This document shows, one piece after another, positions 39,950 to 49,077 of a DNA stretch of 64,000 nucleotides; the first letter of the stretch is position 1; each line of letters opens with the position of its first letter. A program made the translations under genes and the position numbers. The notes beneath the pieces are model-generated. The model saw only the letters and a list, made by a program, of their open reading frames with translations, had not been told where the DNA came from and ran no database searches. Origin of the DNA: Thermodesulfovibrionia bacterium (lineage in GTDB: Bacteria; Nitrospirota; Thermodesulfovibrionia; UBA6902); the NCBI GenBank assembly GCA_030646035.1, contig JAUSMY010000046.1:73072-137071 (forward strand). The letters are read 5' to 3'.

Positions 39950-41446
39950 ATGACCAATAAAGATATGGAGAATGAACGTCATCGCCTGACAGAAGATGTC
40001 CTCAGATTTATAGAAGCCGGGGTTGATGCCGATATTCCGGATTTTAATGATTACTGCATGAGGATGTTCGCCATGCACTATGAGAGCAATAAAATATTCC
40101 GTGAGTTCTGCGACGTGAAGAAGGTCAAGCCTGGCGACATCAGCCGATGGGAAGATGTTCCCATGGTCTATAACGATATGTTCAAGACGCATCTTGTTGC
40201 CTCATTTCCTCTGGAGCAGTCTGTTATGTCCTGTCTTACAGGAGGGACAACAAGCCTTACCCAGCGTGGACGCATCTTCCGGGATGAGGATGGCAAGCGC
40301 CTCGTATTTGCGGCAAACAAGATGATGACCGGTTCTTATCTGTTTCCTGATTTCGAAGATGGGAAGCGCTGCCGTATCCTTATCCTTGCACCGAGCCCGG
40401 AGCTTGCTCCGTCAATGGGAATGGCGATAGGCATGGACCAGACGCGCAGAGCTTTCGGAACGCCTGACAGTATGTTTTTGTTAGGCAAGTCAGGGATACA
40501 TATCAATGAACTTTTAAAGGCCCTGCGGGAGTCTGAAGCGAGCGGAGTGCCGGTTGCGCTGATAGGAGCGACATCTGCATATGTGTACTTTTTTCAGGCA
40601 TGCCGCAGAAAGAAGATGAAGTTCTGCCTGCCGCCCGGAAGCCGCATATGCGACGGGGGAGGATACCGCGGCAGATTCGGGCCTGTTAGCCGTGAGGATT
40701 ATTACGGGATGGTGCAGGAGATACTTAACATACCGGAATCCCATTGTGTAAATGTTTTAGGTGAAGCTGAGACTGCGACCAACCTTTTTGACGATGCTTT
40801 GCGCCGCCACATAAAGGGACTTCCGCCGCGCAAGCGCACGAGGCCTGTGCCGCCATGGGCGCGTGTCCGGGCAATGAGTATTGACGACCTCAGCCCTCTG
40901 CCGGATGGTGAGGTCGGCCTCTTTGCGCATTGGGATCTTGCAAATGTTCCTACTGTTCTGGCAGTGATCACTGATAACCTCGGCTATACGACAGATGACG
41001 GCCGCGGCTGCGAGATGGTGGGCCGCGCGAAGATCGAGGGAGGTAAGGTATCTCCGCTGCCTGATGAGGAGGCCGCAAGCCCGATGGGAGATTCGGCCAT
41101 CTTCCGTATGCTTGAGAAGTATGTGCATTTCACGATCGACCTTAAGATGCAGATGGCAAAGGACCCTAAGGTTGAACCGAGCGTGCGTGAGGAGATAGAG
41201 GCGAGGCCCGGTTCTGTCGCGTCATGCCCGCAGGTTGTTGACGAGATACTTGTAGCGCAGGCTGATGCCGAGGCAGCCGAACTCAGGGACAGATCTCTGG
41301 GCGCATTTAAGGATCAGACCGAGCGTCCTCTGGACTGGTATGCTGATGAGGAGAAGAAGCAGGTGCTTGCAGACCATCCTGCCGGTCTAAAGTCTGAGAA
41401 GCATGAGAAAGACGCTTCGAAGAATAAGGCAAAGAATAAAGAATAA
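39950..41446 (+). CDS. LuxE/PaaK-like acyl-protein synthetase family protein
   Basis: Y..N..FR.FC, TGGTT, DGGGYRGR, DLAN...AVITDNLG, GRA motifs; AAAGGAG RBS before ATG 39950. Confidence 0.75.
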   Translation: MTNKDMENERHRLTEDVLRFIEAGVDADIPDFNDYCMRMFAMHYESNKIFREFCDVKKVKPGDISRWEDVPMVYNDMFKTHLVASFPLEQSVMSCLTGGTTSLTQRGRIFRDEDGKRLVFAANKMMTGSYLFPDFEDGKRCRILILAPSPELAPSMGMAIGMDQTRRAFGTPDSMFLLGKSGIHINELLKALRESEASGVPVALIGATSAYVYFFQACRRKKMKFCLPPGSRICDGGGYRGRFGPVSREDYYGMVQEILNIPESHCVNVLGEAETATNLFDDALRRHIKGLPPRKRTRPVPPWARVRAMSIDDLSPLPDGEVGLFAHWDLANVPTVLAVITDNLGYTTDDGRGCEMVGRAKIEGGKVSPLPDEEAASPMGDSAIFRMLEKYVHFTIDLKMQMAKDPKVEPSVREEIEARPGSVASCPQVVDEILVAQADAEAAELRDRSLGAFKDQTERPLDWYADEEKKQVLADHPAGLKSEKHEKDASKNKAKNKE

Positions 41447-41455
41447 AGAAAAGAC

Positions 41456-41550
41456 ACCCCTCTGTATCTCCCCTTGTAAAGGGGCGAATTGTAAATCCCC
41501 TCTTATCCAAGGGGCCAACAGTAGGTGCTTTAAGCAGGGCAGGGGAGGTT
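41456..41550 (+). repeat. 95-bp REP-like element, copy 2 (22-nt insert at 41515-41536)
   Basis: direct repeat of 38357-38451. Confidence 0.9.
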
Positions 41551-41580
41551 TAGGATAATGTATTTGGTCTTTATTGAACT

Positions 41581-41922
41581 ATGAAAAAAACATTGACCAT
41601 AATTATCGGTTTTGTGCATGACTTTGCTGCCGGCTGCTGGGCAGCGACTGTTCTTGCGATATATTGGCTAAGCAGTCATTCCTTTCCGGTTGAAGTCAGC
41701 GGCATAATGTTTGAACTGAAAAAGCAGCTCTTCTGGGCAGGGATAGCATGTGTTGTTATAGTTTTTGCCACAGGCACGGGCAGATCTTTTACCTATGTTG
41801 ATAATGTCTACGGCAAGGATGCGGAAAAGGCAAGAAGAAGGCTGCTGATCATAAAACACGTTATCCTTATTGTTGTTTTTGGCTCCGGTATTTTCTGGCA
41901 GTACACGATGGTTTTTTGGTAG
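41581..41922 (+). CDS. small 3-TM membrane protein with TM histidines
   Basis: GFVHDFAAGCW and IIKHVIL within hydrophobic helices. Confidence 0.75.
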   Translation: MKKTLTIIIGFVHDFAAGCWAATVLAIYWLSSHSFPVEVSGIMFELKKQLFWAGIACVVIVFATGTGRSFTYVDNVYGKDAEKARRRLLIIKHVILIVVFGSGIFWQYTMVFW

Positions 41923-42007
41923 AGCACTCCTATCTTCCTAAAACATTATCAAACCACCGGTCATTTACTTGCTCAATGGTATCTGAATTGCTTAAAATAG
42001 TGACACT

Positions 42008-43468
42008 ATGAAAAAGATAAGAAAAGTTATGCTTATTACTCCGCCTTACCACTCCGGAGTTGTTGAATCCGCAGGTGTCTGGCTGAATGTTGGTTTTGTC
42101 TATATTGCAGGGAGCCTCAGGGTTGCGGGATATGACCCGATTTATTATGATGCCATGAGCCACTGGCATGGATATGATGAGATCGGGAAGAGGATTAGAG
42201 AAGAGAAACCTGATGTTATTGGGACAACCGCTTTTACCGCAGAGATCGTTGAGGCGCTAAACCTCCTGAAGTTTTCCAAAGAGATAGACCCTAATATTAT
42301 TACTGTGATCGGCAATGTTCACCCTACGTTCTGCTACGATGAGATATTCAAAGACCACCACTCATGCGTTGATTATATTGTGCGTGGTGAGGGTGAAGAG
42401 ACGATGGTGGAGCTTCTGGATGCGCTTAATTCCAATGGCGACCTGTCAAAGGTAAGGGGCGTAGTATACATGGATAAGGGGAAGGTCGTGGTCAATGATT
42501 CAAGGCCGTACATACATGACCTTGACAGCCTGCCCATGGCATGGGACCTGGTCGATTGGCCGATTTATAAATACAAGGCCATGGAGAATTCCATAATGGC
42601 TATTGTCAGCTCTTCAAGGGGATGCAACCAGCAGTGCAGCTTCTGCTCGCAGCAGCTCTTCTGGCAGAGAAACTGGAGGGGCCGAAGCGCTGAGAACTTT
42701 GTAGCCGAACTTGAGCACCTGAGAGACACCTATGGCGTAAATGTCGTGATGCTTGCTGATGAGACTCCCACGCTTTCAAGAACAAGGTGGGAGAAGATAC
42801 TGGATCTTCTCATTGAGAGGAAGGTAGGCGTGAAGCTGCTTCTTGAGACGCGCGTTGATGACATAATCAGGGACGAAGATATCATGTGGAAATACCGGGA
42901 TGCCCTTGTAGACCATATTTATCTCGGAGTGGAATCGACCTCACAGGAGGCGCTTGATAAGTTTAAAAAGAATATTAAAGTAGAGGAATCAAAGCGCGCG
43001 CTTGACCTTATAAACTCGTATGATATTGTCACAGAGACATCTTTTGTGCTCGGTATGCCTGGTGATACTGTTGAGAGTATAAGGGAGACGGTTGAGCTTG
43101 CCAAGTTCTATAATCCTGACCTTGCGTTCTTCCTTGCAATAGCCCCATGGCCTTATTCAGAGATATATCCTGAGCTTAAGGACTTTGTGGTGACAAACGA
43201 CTACAGTAAATATAATCTTGTTGAGCCTGTGGTAAAACCGAAGAATATGACCATCGATGAATTGAGGGATGAACTTGGAAGGGCGTCAAGGGTGTATTAC
43301 ATGCACAAGCTTGAGACCCTTGACTCGATGACCGAGAAGAAACGTGAGTTCATGATAAAGGTCATTCATATCATCTCTACAAGCTCTTACCTTGCGGAGA
43401 CGATGAAGGGCACATCAATGCCTGAGGATATAAAGAAACTGCTTGCGAAACTGCACCATAAAACTTAA
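42008..43468 (+). CDS. cobalamin-binding radical SAM enzyme 3
   Basis: GNVHPTF, VRGEGE; SRGCNQQCSFC; LGVES. Confidence 0.92.
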   Translation: MKKIRKVMLITPPYHSGVVESAGVWLNVGFVYIAGSLRVAGYDPIYYDAMSHWHGYDEIGKRIREEKPDVIGTTAFTAEIVEALNLLKFSKEIDPNIITVIGNVHPTFCYDEIFKDHHSCVDYIVRGEGEETMVELLDALNSNGDLSKVRGVVYMDKGKVVVNDSRPYIHDLDSLPMAWDLVDWPIYKYKAMENSIMAIVSSSRGCNQQCSFCSQQLFWQRNWRGRSAENFVAELEHLRDTYGVNVVMLADETPTLSRTRWEKILDLLIERKVGVKLLLETRVDDIIRDEDIMWKYRDALVDHIYLGVESTSQEALDKFKKNIKVEESKRALDLINSYDIVTETSFVLGMPGDTVESIRETVELAKFYNPDLAFFLAIAPWPYSEIYPELKDFVVTNDYSKYNLVEPVVKPKNMTIDELRDELGRASRVYYMHKLETLDSMTEKKREFMIKVIHIISTSSYLAETMKGTSMPEDIKKLLAKLHHKT

Positions 43469-43559
43469 TTCTCCCCTTGTAATTTTTCATAGATGATATA
43501 TGATGTAAATAATCAAGTTGAGTATTAATTCAGATATAAAATAAAAAGGGGGAAACGCA

Positions 43560-44099
43560 ATGAGAAAGAGATCAGGGAATCAGGGTTTTACATTGATCGA
43601 GGTAATTGTTGTTGCCGGCATAATAGCCATACTTGCAGGTGTATTGGTGCCGATGATCCTGAAGGAGATTGATGAAACAAGGATAACAAGGGCAAGTGCT
43701 GATATAAGGTCCATATCAAACGCCATACTGATATTTAAAAAAGATACAGCACAGTGGCCTGTGATGGACGGGACATGCAGCCCTAATCTGACCTTGTTAA
43801 CCGGCGGCGGCAACGCTCCTGACGGTATTGGGGCCAACGGCTGGGACAACACTGCGTCCGCAATGATCGACAGTCACCTTATGTATGATGATGACGGCTG
43901 CTATAATAACTGGAATGGTTCATATCTGCCTGTTACAAGTGCTGATCCCTGGGGGAAGCAATATGTAATTAATACCGGTAATTTTGGAGTATCCGGTTCA
44001 CCTGTGTGGATAATGTCAGCAGGGCCGAATGGAACACTTGACTCAAATGCAAACTCAACTTCCAGCGGCGGGGATGATATTGGCTTAAGGATTAAATAA
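43560..44099 (+). CDS. type II secretion major pseudopilin (GspG-like)
   Basis: prepilin site QG|FTLIE; W.G.YL...DPWGKQY; SAGPNG...DDIG. Confidence 0.88.
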   Translation: MRKRSGNQGFTLIEVIVVAGIIAILAGVLVPMILKEIDETRITRASADIRSISNAILIFKKDTAQWPVMDGTCSPNLTLLTGGGNAPDGIGANGWDNTASAMIDSHLMYDDDGCYNNWNGSYLPVTSADPWGKQYVINTGNFGVSGSPVWIMSAGPNGTLDSNANSTSSGGDDIGLRIK

Positions 44100-44118
44100 A
44101 TACACTGTCTTGTTATAT

Positions 44119-44155
44119 AAAAAAGGAGGGGTGGATGAACCGCCCCTCCTTTTTT
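44119..44155. terminator. bidirectional intrinsic terminator
   Basis: AAAAAAGGAGGGGTGG-atgaa-CCGCCCCTCCTTTTTT between convergent genes. Confidence 0.88.
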
Positions 44156-44163
44156 ATTCAGAT

Positions 44164-45792
44164 CTATATCTCTGAGTTAACTCTTCTCAGTTCAGGTATT
44201 GCCTCGAAATCTCTTCCTGCTCTCTTCAGTCTTTCCTCGTGTTCTTTTCTTATCTCCTCGATAGACTTATTATTCAGGATATACGGTGTCAGGAATATGA
44301 CAAGCTCTGACTTTTTCTTATCGTGGATTACCTGCTGGAACAATTTGCCGAATAATGGAAGATCTCCAAGGAAAGGCACCTTTCTGATATTTTCAATTAT
44401 CTTATCAGTGATAAGCCCTGCTATTACTATGGTCTGGCCGTTGCTCACACTGACCATTGTATCCAGCTCTCTTGTATTTATGACTGGTTTTGAGTTGTCC
44501 TCAAGCGGGGAGATGGATTCCCCGATCTTTTCAGAAATACTGGGATGGACTTGCATTGTGATTATCCCGCTGTCATTGATCTGCGGTGTAACATCCAGAA
44601 ATAGCCCTACTTCATCAATCTGGGGATTCGTGTATTGAGTCAGGATTTTCCCATCAGCATTGTATGTGGTGGTGGTTATCCATGAGACTTCATTTGTAGT
44701 GAGCTTCATTACTGCTCTCTGATTATTCATTGTGGAGACTTTCGGACTCGAAAGCACATTGACCTGGCCCTGTTCCTGCATCGCATTAAGAAGGGCGGTT
44801 ATCTTTTTGTTTGATAGTTTAATGCTGAAAACATTGGTATCAGGGGCAATAAGCTGAGAGAATGAGAAAAGCTCGCCGGTTACTTCTGTTCCGCTGTCCG
44901 TGGTGATTGCTCCATTGCCAGTGCCTGTGAGGAGATTCCAGTCTATGCCGAATTTGTACCCGTCATCAAGAGAGACCTCAACTATGTGTGCCTGGATCAT
45001 AACCTGTTTGCTCACAGACATTTCGACATCGTTAAGAAAATCTTCTATCCTCTCCATGTTGTCTGAATAATCTGTGATATGTACAACTCCTGCAAGTTCG
45101 TTGATAACGAGTTTTTTGCCATCCTTGCCGGATTTTGCATCGCCGTCAAATATGATCATCTCAAGGCCTGCCTTCATCTCTTTCCAGAAATCAGACGTAC
45201 CGGAGGTGGTTATGTTAACGTTCCCCTGTCCGGATGACGACGACCCGGTTCCGGAAGTTGAACTGGAGACAGTAGTGCTTCCGCTGCTTGTCCCTGATGA
45301 TGAACCGCTGCTCGTTGACATCGACGCATTGATGCTGCTTGAAGATGCCCTTTTCCCGGTAATATAGTCGATCTTAAATGACCTTGTCTCAAGCACAGGG
45401 CTGGTTACCCTGATAAATCCCTTGTCCATCCTGAATGTGTAGCCAAGCTGTCTTGTGATCGCATAAAGCGCGCTGTTCAGGTCAAGGTCAGAGAAATCAA
45501 TGGAGAGATTTCCTGTCACATCCCTGTCTGCGATTATATTAATGCCGCTGTCTTTTGAAAGGAGCAGCAGCAGGTCCCTGACATTTGCATCCCTTACGCT
45601 TAAAGAGAATAGTCTTTCCTTGGCGGATGCCGGGATCTCTTCAGGCACGGCAACAGGAGTCTCAGTCACAGGTATAGCGATTTGAGGCGGCTCCTTTAAA
45701 ATCATCGTCTCTGAGACGCCTGCGATCTGATGGCTTGCACAGCCGTAGCTCAAAAGAACTGTCAAAAATATTATCGAGCAGAATTTCCTCAT
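44164..45792 (-). CDS. lipoprotein secretin (MshL/GspD type)
   Basis: lipobox SYG|C; STN domain; Ser-rich loop; QVMIQAHIVEV, LSSPKVSTMNNQ, GLFLDVTPQI, KVPFLGDLP, ELVIFLTP. Confidence 0.92.
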   Translation of the reverse strand: MRKFCSIIFLTVLLSYGCASHQIAGVSETMILKEPPQIAIPVTETPVAVPEEIPASAKERLFSLSVRDANVRDLLLLLSKDSGINIIADRDVTGNLSIDFSDLDLNSALYAITRQLGYTFRMDKGFIRVTSPVLETRSFKIDYITGKRASSSSINASMSTSSGSSSGTSSGSTTVSSSTSGTGSSSSGQGNVNITTSGTSDFWKEMKAGLEMIIFDGDAKSGKDGKKLVINELAGVVHITDYSDNMERIEDFLNDVEMSVSKQVMIQAHIVEVSLDDGYKFGIDWNLLTGTGNGAITTDSGTEVTGELFSFSQLIAPDTNVFSIKLSNKKITALLNAMQEQGQVNVLSSPKVSTMNNQRAVMKLTTNEVSWITTTTYNADGKILTQYTNPQIDEVGLFLDVTPQINDSGIITMQVHPSISEKIGESISPLEDNSKPVINTRELDTMVSVSNGQTIVIAGLITDKIIENIRKVPFLGDLPLFGKLFQQVIHDKKKSELVIFLTPYILNNKSIEEIRKEHEERLKRAGRDFEAIPELRRVNSEI

Positions 45793-46229
45793 TTTGTTGT
45801 CTCCTTGATATCGCTTTGATTAGATAAATATATTTCTTTAATAATTCCATTGGTAGAGAGAACAACACTCTCTTTTTTTATATCCCTTATCACGCTGCTG
45901 CCTATGGCATCATTTACGCTGTAAACCCTTCCGTTTATCAGCGCATGGCTTTTACCGTTTCTTCTGATTATGCCGATAACCGTGATCTCGCTTTTGCCCT
46001 CAGTCTTTTCTATAGAGAAAGGGTCTTTCCACGGGCTGGTGTCTTTGCTGATGACAGCTCTCTCCGGAATAACGCTTTTATCATATAGTGATGTTGATGG
46101 CAATTGAGAGACGGCTTTTTTTACCTCTGTCTGAGCGGCATTCTTAGAAGAGAAAAATTTGATGTTATATGCCGCCACCAGGAAGAGAAACGCAAATATG
46201 GCAAAAATAAAATACTTATTTGAGAGCAT
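45789..46229 (-). CDS. PilP/MshK/GspC-like small assembly protein
   Basis: N-terminal TM, KDPF, ALING...V.D.I; position just before the secretin. Confidence 0.65.
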   Translation of the reverse strand: MLSNKYFIFAIFAFLFLVAAYNIKFFSSKNAAQTEVKKAVSQLPSTSLYDKSVIPERAVISKDTSPWKDPFSIEKTEGKSEITVIGIIRRNGKSHALINGRVYSVNDAIGSSVIRDIKKESVVLSTNGIIKEIYLSNQSDIKETTK

Positions 46230-46767
46230 TGGTCTCCTCTGCTGAATAAATATTTACAACCATCTCTACGGCAAGCGATGTCATCCGGTTTTGAACTTTA
46301 AGGCTTTCAATCTTTACAAGCCTCTTGAGGTCCTGAAGTTCCCTTATGAATTCGGCAGTGTTTCTGTAGTCAGAGTTAAAATTGATCTTTACGGAATCGC
46401 GGTATATTATTTTGGGCATTACACCTGAGGAGGGGAGTGCCTTCAATATCTTTCCTGTATCAAGGCTGATAAATGCCCTGTCCTTGTAATTGAATTCAAT
46501 ATCATCAATAGCATATCTGCTTGAGATCATGTATGCGCTTTCAATGAATTCCGCTGTGCTGCCCGGCCTGGGGAAGAGGTCATTTAGGAAATTAAGGTCT
46601 TCCTGTCCTGCCGAAGCTGTAATTTCATTGCTTACATTCATTTGTGCAATGCCGGCATTCAGCGTTCTGATAGTGCTTAATTTTGACTTCATAAAGAACG
46701 CAAACAGGATCCCTGAAACAACTATTAAGGCGATGACTGTGATAAAGGCGGGGCTGAGTTTTTTCAA
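46216..46767 (-). CDS. PilO/GspM-like inner-membrane protein
   Basis: single TM + ferredoxin-like Y....EFIRELQDLKRLVKIESL; operon position. Confidence 0.7.
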   Translation of the reverse strand: MKKLSPAFITVIALIVVSGILFAFFMKSKLSTIRTLNAGIAQMNVSNEITASAGQEDLNFLNDLFPRPGSTAEFIESAYMISSRYAIDDIEFNYKDRAFISLDTGKILKALPSSGVMPKIIYRDSVKINFNSDYRNTAEFIRELQDLKRLVKIESLKVQNRMTSLAVEMVVNIYSAEETNALK

Positions 46768-48209
46768 TTCACCACCTCATAGCTTGACCTTACCGATATA
46801 ATACTTTCTTTATCTGAAGTGCTTGACGTGGCTATTGCAGGGATGGATATGCTCTTGAGCCTTTCTGAACTTTCAAGAGCTGAAAGGAATTTTGTGAGGA
46901 GAGCTTTATTATAGCTTTCGCTGCTGTTATTTATGGCTGCATCGACAGTTAATATCGCGGTATCTTTTTCTATCCGCATATCTATTTTTTCAAGCCGTAC
47001 GCCAGCAGGGGTTAGGTTGGCTATATCGCTGAAGACTCCGTACAGGCTTGGACTGGCAGAAATCATATTGAAGAGAGTGTTTTTGCCGGCCCGGTATATA
47101 TCGTTATCGTTTCCGGCATGTGCGGCAGTTGTGCTTATAGTAACTTCTTTGTTTTTTATATATGTCCTGAGGTCGTTTTCTGTTTTGTTGATTGATAGAT
47201 AAGCTGTAATAAGTATGGCTAAATAAACAGCTGCACAGGCTGCGATGATACCGCCGAAAATAAGGTTTTTCTTCTTCTGCAGAAGAGAGGGCGGTATGAA
47301 ATTGGCTATCTCCCTGTATGAGGCAAGGTTTGAAATCCCTGACAGTGCGCTGAAGGCGCCCCTGTTATTGTAAGTGTTATCAAGATCGCTGAGCAGGCTT
47401 GTTGTTATGCCGAATCCGCTTGCTATGGCATCAGTGATACCCGTCAATCCGGAGCCTATTCCGCAGACCCAGAGAGTGGAAAGCCCTTCGGCTCCTGAGC
47501 CTTTTATGTATGACGTGATTGAATTAAAAAGAACATCCACTATTTTGTAGATCTTTATCTTTGAAGCCTGCTCTTCTTTGCTCTCATCACCGGCATCGGA
47601 TTCGGTAAAGTCAATTAGCAGGGGAAGTTTCTCGTAATCAATAAGGTTTCCGTTGTTTATGATGAGGATCTCAATATATCCGGCGCCAATATCTATTATT
47701 GCTTCGTTGCCGCTTGTTTCCGGCCGCAGCCTTTTAAATAACTGGATGTTGCCTTCAAGGCTGCTGGTAATTATATCAGGGTTGAGCCCGCATTCCTTAA
47801 GAAGCGAGAGGTAGTTGCTTAAGTCCTTGTTCTGCACGTATTCCAGTAAAATATTTTGTGTGCCTGATGACCTGCTCTTTTTACGCTCTGCTATCTCTCT
47901 GAACCCGAAGGTGAATTCCTCTTTGGGTAATTCCCTGACTATCATGCGCCTCAGGATCATTGATATGTCATCAGCTCCGGCGCGCGGGATCTGCTGTATG
48001 GAATGGTTGACCGTATCCTGCGGAAGGATTATGTTTATCCTGCCGTGTTTTCCTGAAGCCCCGCTTATCTCTGCTGAAAGCGTATCTTTTGCAGAGGGCA
48101 GGTCAGTTATGGCGAAATGACTGATAAGGTTTGCGCTGACGACTTTATCGTCTTTTATCTTTAAAACCCTGAGTGAATTATCTCTGAAATCTATATTTAG
48201 TGAGTTCAT
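46764..48209 (-). CDS. PilM-PilN (GspL-like) fusion
   Basis: actin-like IDIGAG, LWVCGIGS, ANFIPP, then TM and PAGVRL PilN-like domain. Confidence 0.75.
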   Translation of the reverse strand: MNSLNIDFRDNSLRVLKIKDDKVVSANLISHFAITDLPSAKDTLSAEISGASGKHGRINIILPQDTVNHSIQQIPRAGADDISMILRRMIVRELPKEEFTFGFREIAERKKSRSSGTQNILLEYVQNKDLSNYLSLLKECGLNPDIITSSLEGNIQLFKRLRPETSGNEAIIDIGAGYIEILIINNGNLIDYEKLPLLIDFTESDAGDESKEEQASKIKIYKIVDVLFNSITSYIKGSGAEGLSTLWVCGIGSGLTGITDAIASGFGITTSLLSDLDNTYNNRGAFSALSGISNLASYREIANFIPPSLLQKKKNLIFGGIIAACAAVYLAILITAYLSINKTENDLRTYIKNKEVTISTTAAHAGNDNDIYRAGKNTLFNMISASPSLYGVFSDIANLTPAGVRLEKIDMRIEKDTAILTVDAAINNSSESYNKALLTKFLSALESSERLKSISIPAIATSSTSDKESIISVRSSYEVVN

Positions 48210-48216
48210 AGAAAAT

Positions 48217-49077
48217 TTATTCTACAGATACCGACAGGTTATCAATATGTATGGATGACAGCCTGTCACTGATAGTTATATATGCTGACGGCCCGGCAGT
48301 TGCGGGAGCCAGAAGATTGCCTGAACTGTTTCTGTCAATATCAGCCCATACCCTTGCGATACCGATGGGGAGATTCTGTGCAAGGGCCGAACTCAGGCCG
48401 AAAATATAATTATTCTGGGGGTTGCCCACATTGCCGGTAATTGTGACAGGCGTGATAAATGTCTGGTCTGCGTCAACTCCCTCGCCGTTTTTATATGCGA
48501 TGTGAAGAGTAAGGTTCGCATTAAAAGTGGTTGCAGGAGAAGTTATGTACCTGACGATAGCATTGCATGAGACAGCTGATACAGGCATGGCCTCGTTGGC
48601 ATCAATGTTTATCTGTATATCTTCCGCTGTATCTATTCCACCTGCGGCGTTGTCAGAGCCGAGGCTAATTATTGTTGCTGATTCTCTTCTACTGAAGGCG
48701 TCGGTCGTGTAGCTGTATGTCAGGTCATAACCCCAGGAGTCCTTCTTGAATGACTGGGTGCTTACGCCTCCGCCCAAGTATGGGCCGAATGTCCCGTTTT
48801 CATTTGCATAGCTTATCAGGGCGTCAAGATCCGGCGGCAGTTGTCCGAGGTCGCCAGTGAATCCGAAGGAGTTTCTTGTGCCGTTGCTCATCAGTGACGG
48901 GTTGCCTATCATAGCCTCTTTAATATAAGTAAGTTTCTTCTCTGTTGCTTCGATCTCCTGCCCCTCCCATACCCTGAAAACTATCGGAACCATGATCCCG
49001 ACCAGCAGGGAGATGATCGCCATTACCACGATAACCTCAACAAGGGTGAATCCCTTTTCACGCTCCGCCATTCTCAT
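48217..49077 (-). CDS. prepilin/pseudopilin with C-terminal extension
   Basis: KG|FTLVE; FGPYL..DSWG; ISLGSDN...D. Confidence 0.85.
   Translation of the reverse strand: MRMAEREKGFTLVEVIVVMAIISLLVGIMVPIVFRVWEGQEIEATEKKLTYIKEAMIGNPSLMSNGTRNSFGFTGDLGQLPPDLDALISYANENGTFGPYLGGGVSTQSFKKDSWGYDLTYSYTTDAFSRRESATIISLGSDNAAGGIDTAEDIQINIDANEAMPVSAVSCNAIVRYITSPATTFNANLTLHIAYKNGEGVDADQTFITPVTITGNVGNPQNNYIFGLSSALAQNLPIGIARVWADIDRNSSGNLLAPATAGPSAYITISDRLSSIHIDNLSVSVE

Noticed and set aside
39950-41446. Bioluminescence (lux) operon
   Set aside because: Only a LuxE-like ligase is present; no luxA/B/C/D nearby
30348-41550. CRISPR array interpretation of the palindromic repeats or the 22-mer
   Set aside because: Copies are kilobases apart with no repeat-spacer periodicity and no cas genes
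42008-43468. Calling rSAM3 bchE (anaerobic Mg-protoporphyrin cyclase)
   Set aside because: Only the generic B12-radical SAM architecture is visible and there are no photosynthesis genes in the window
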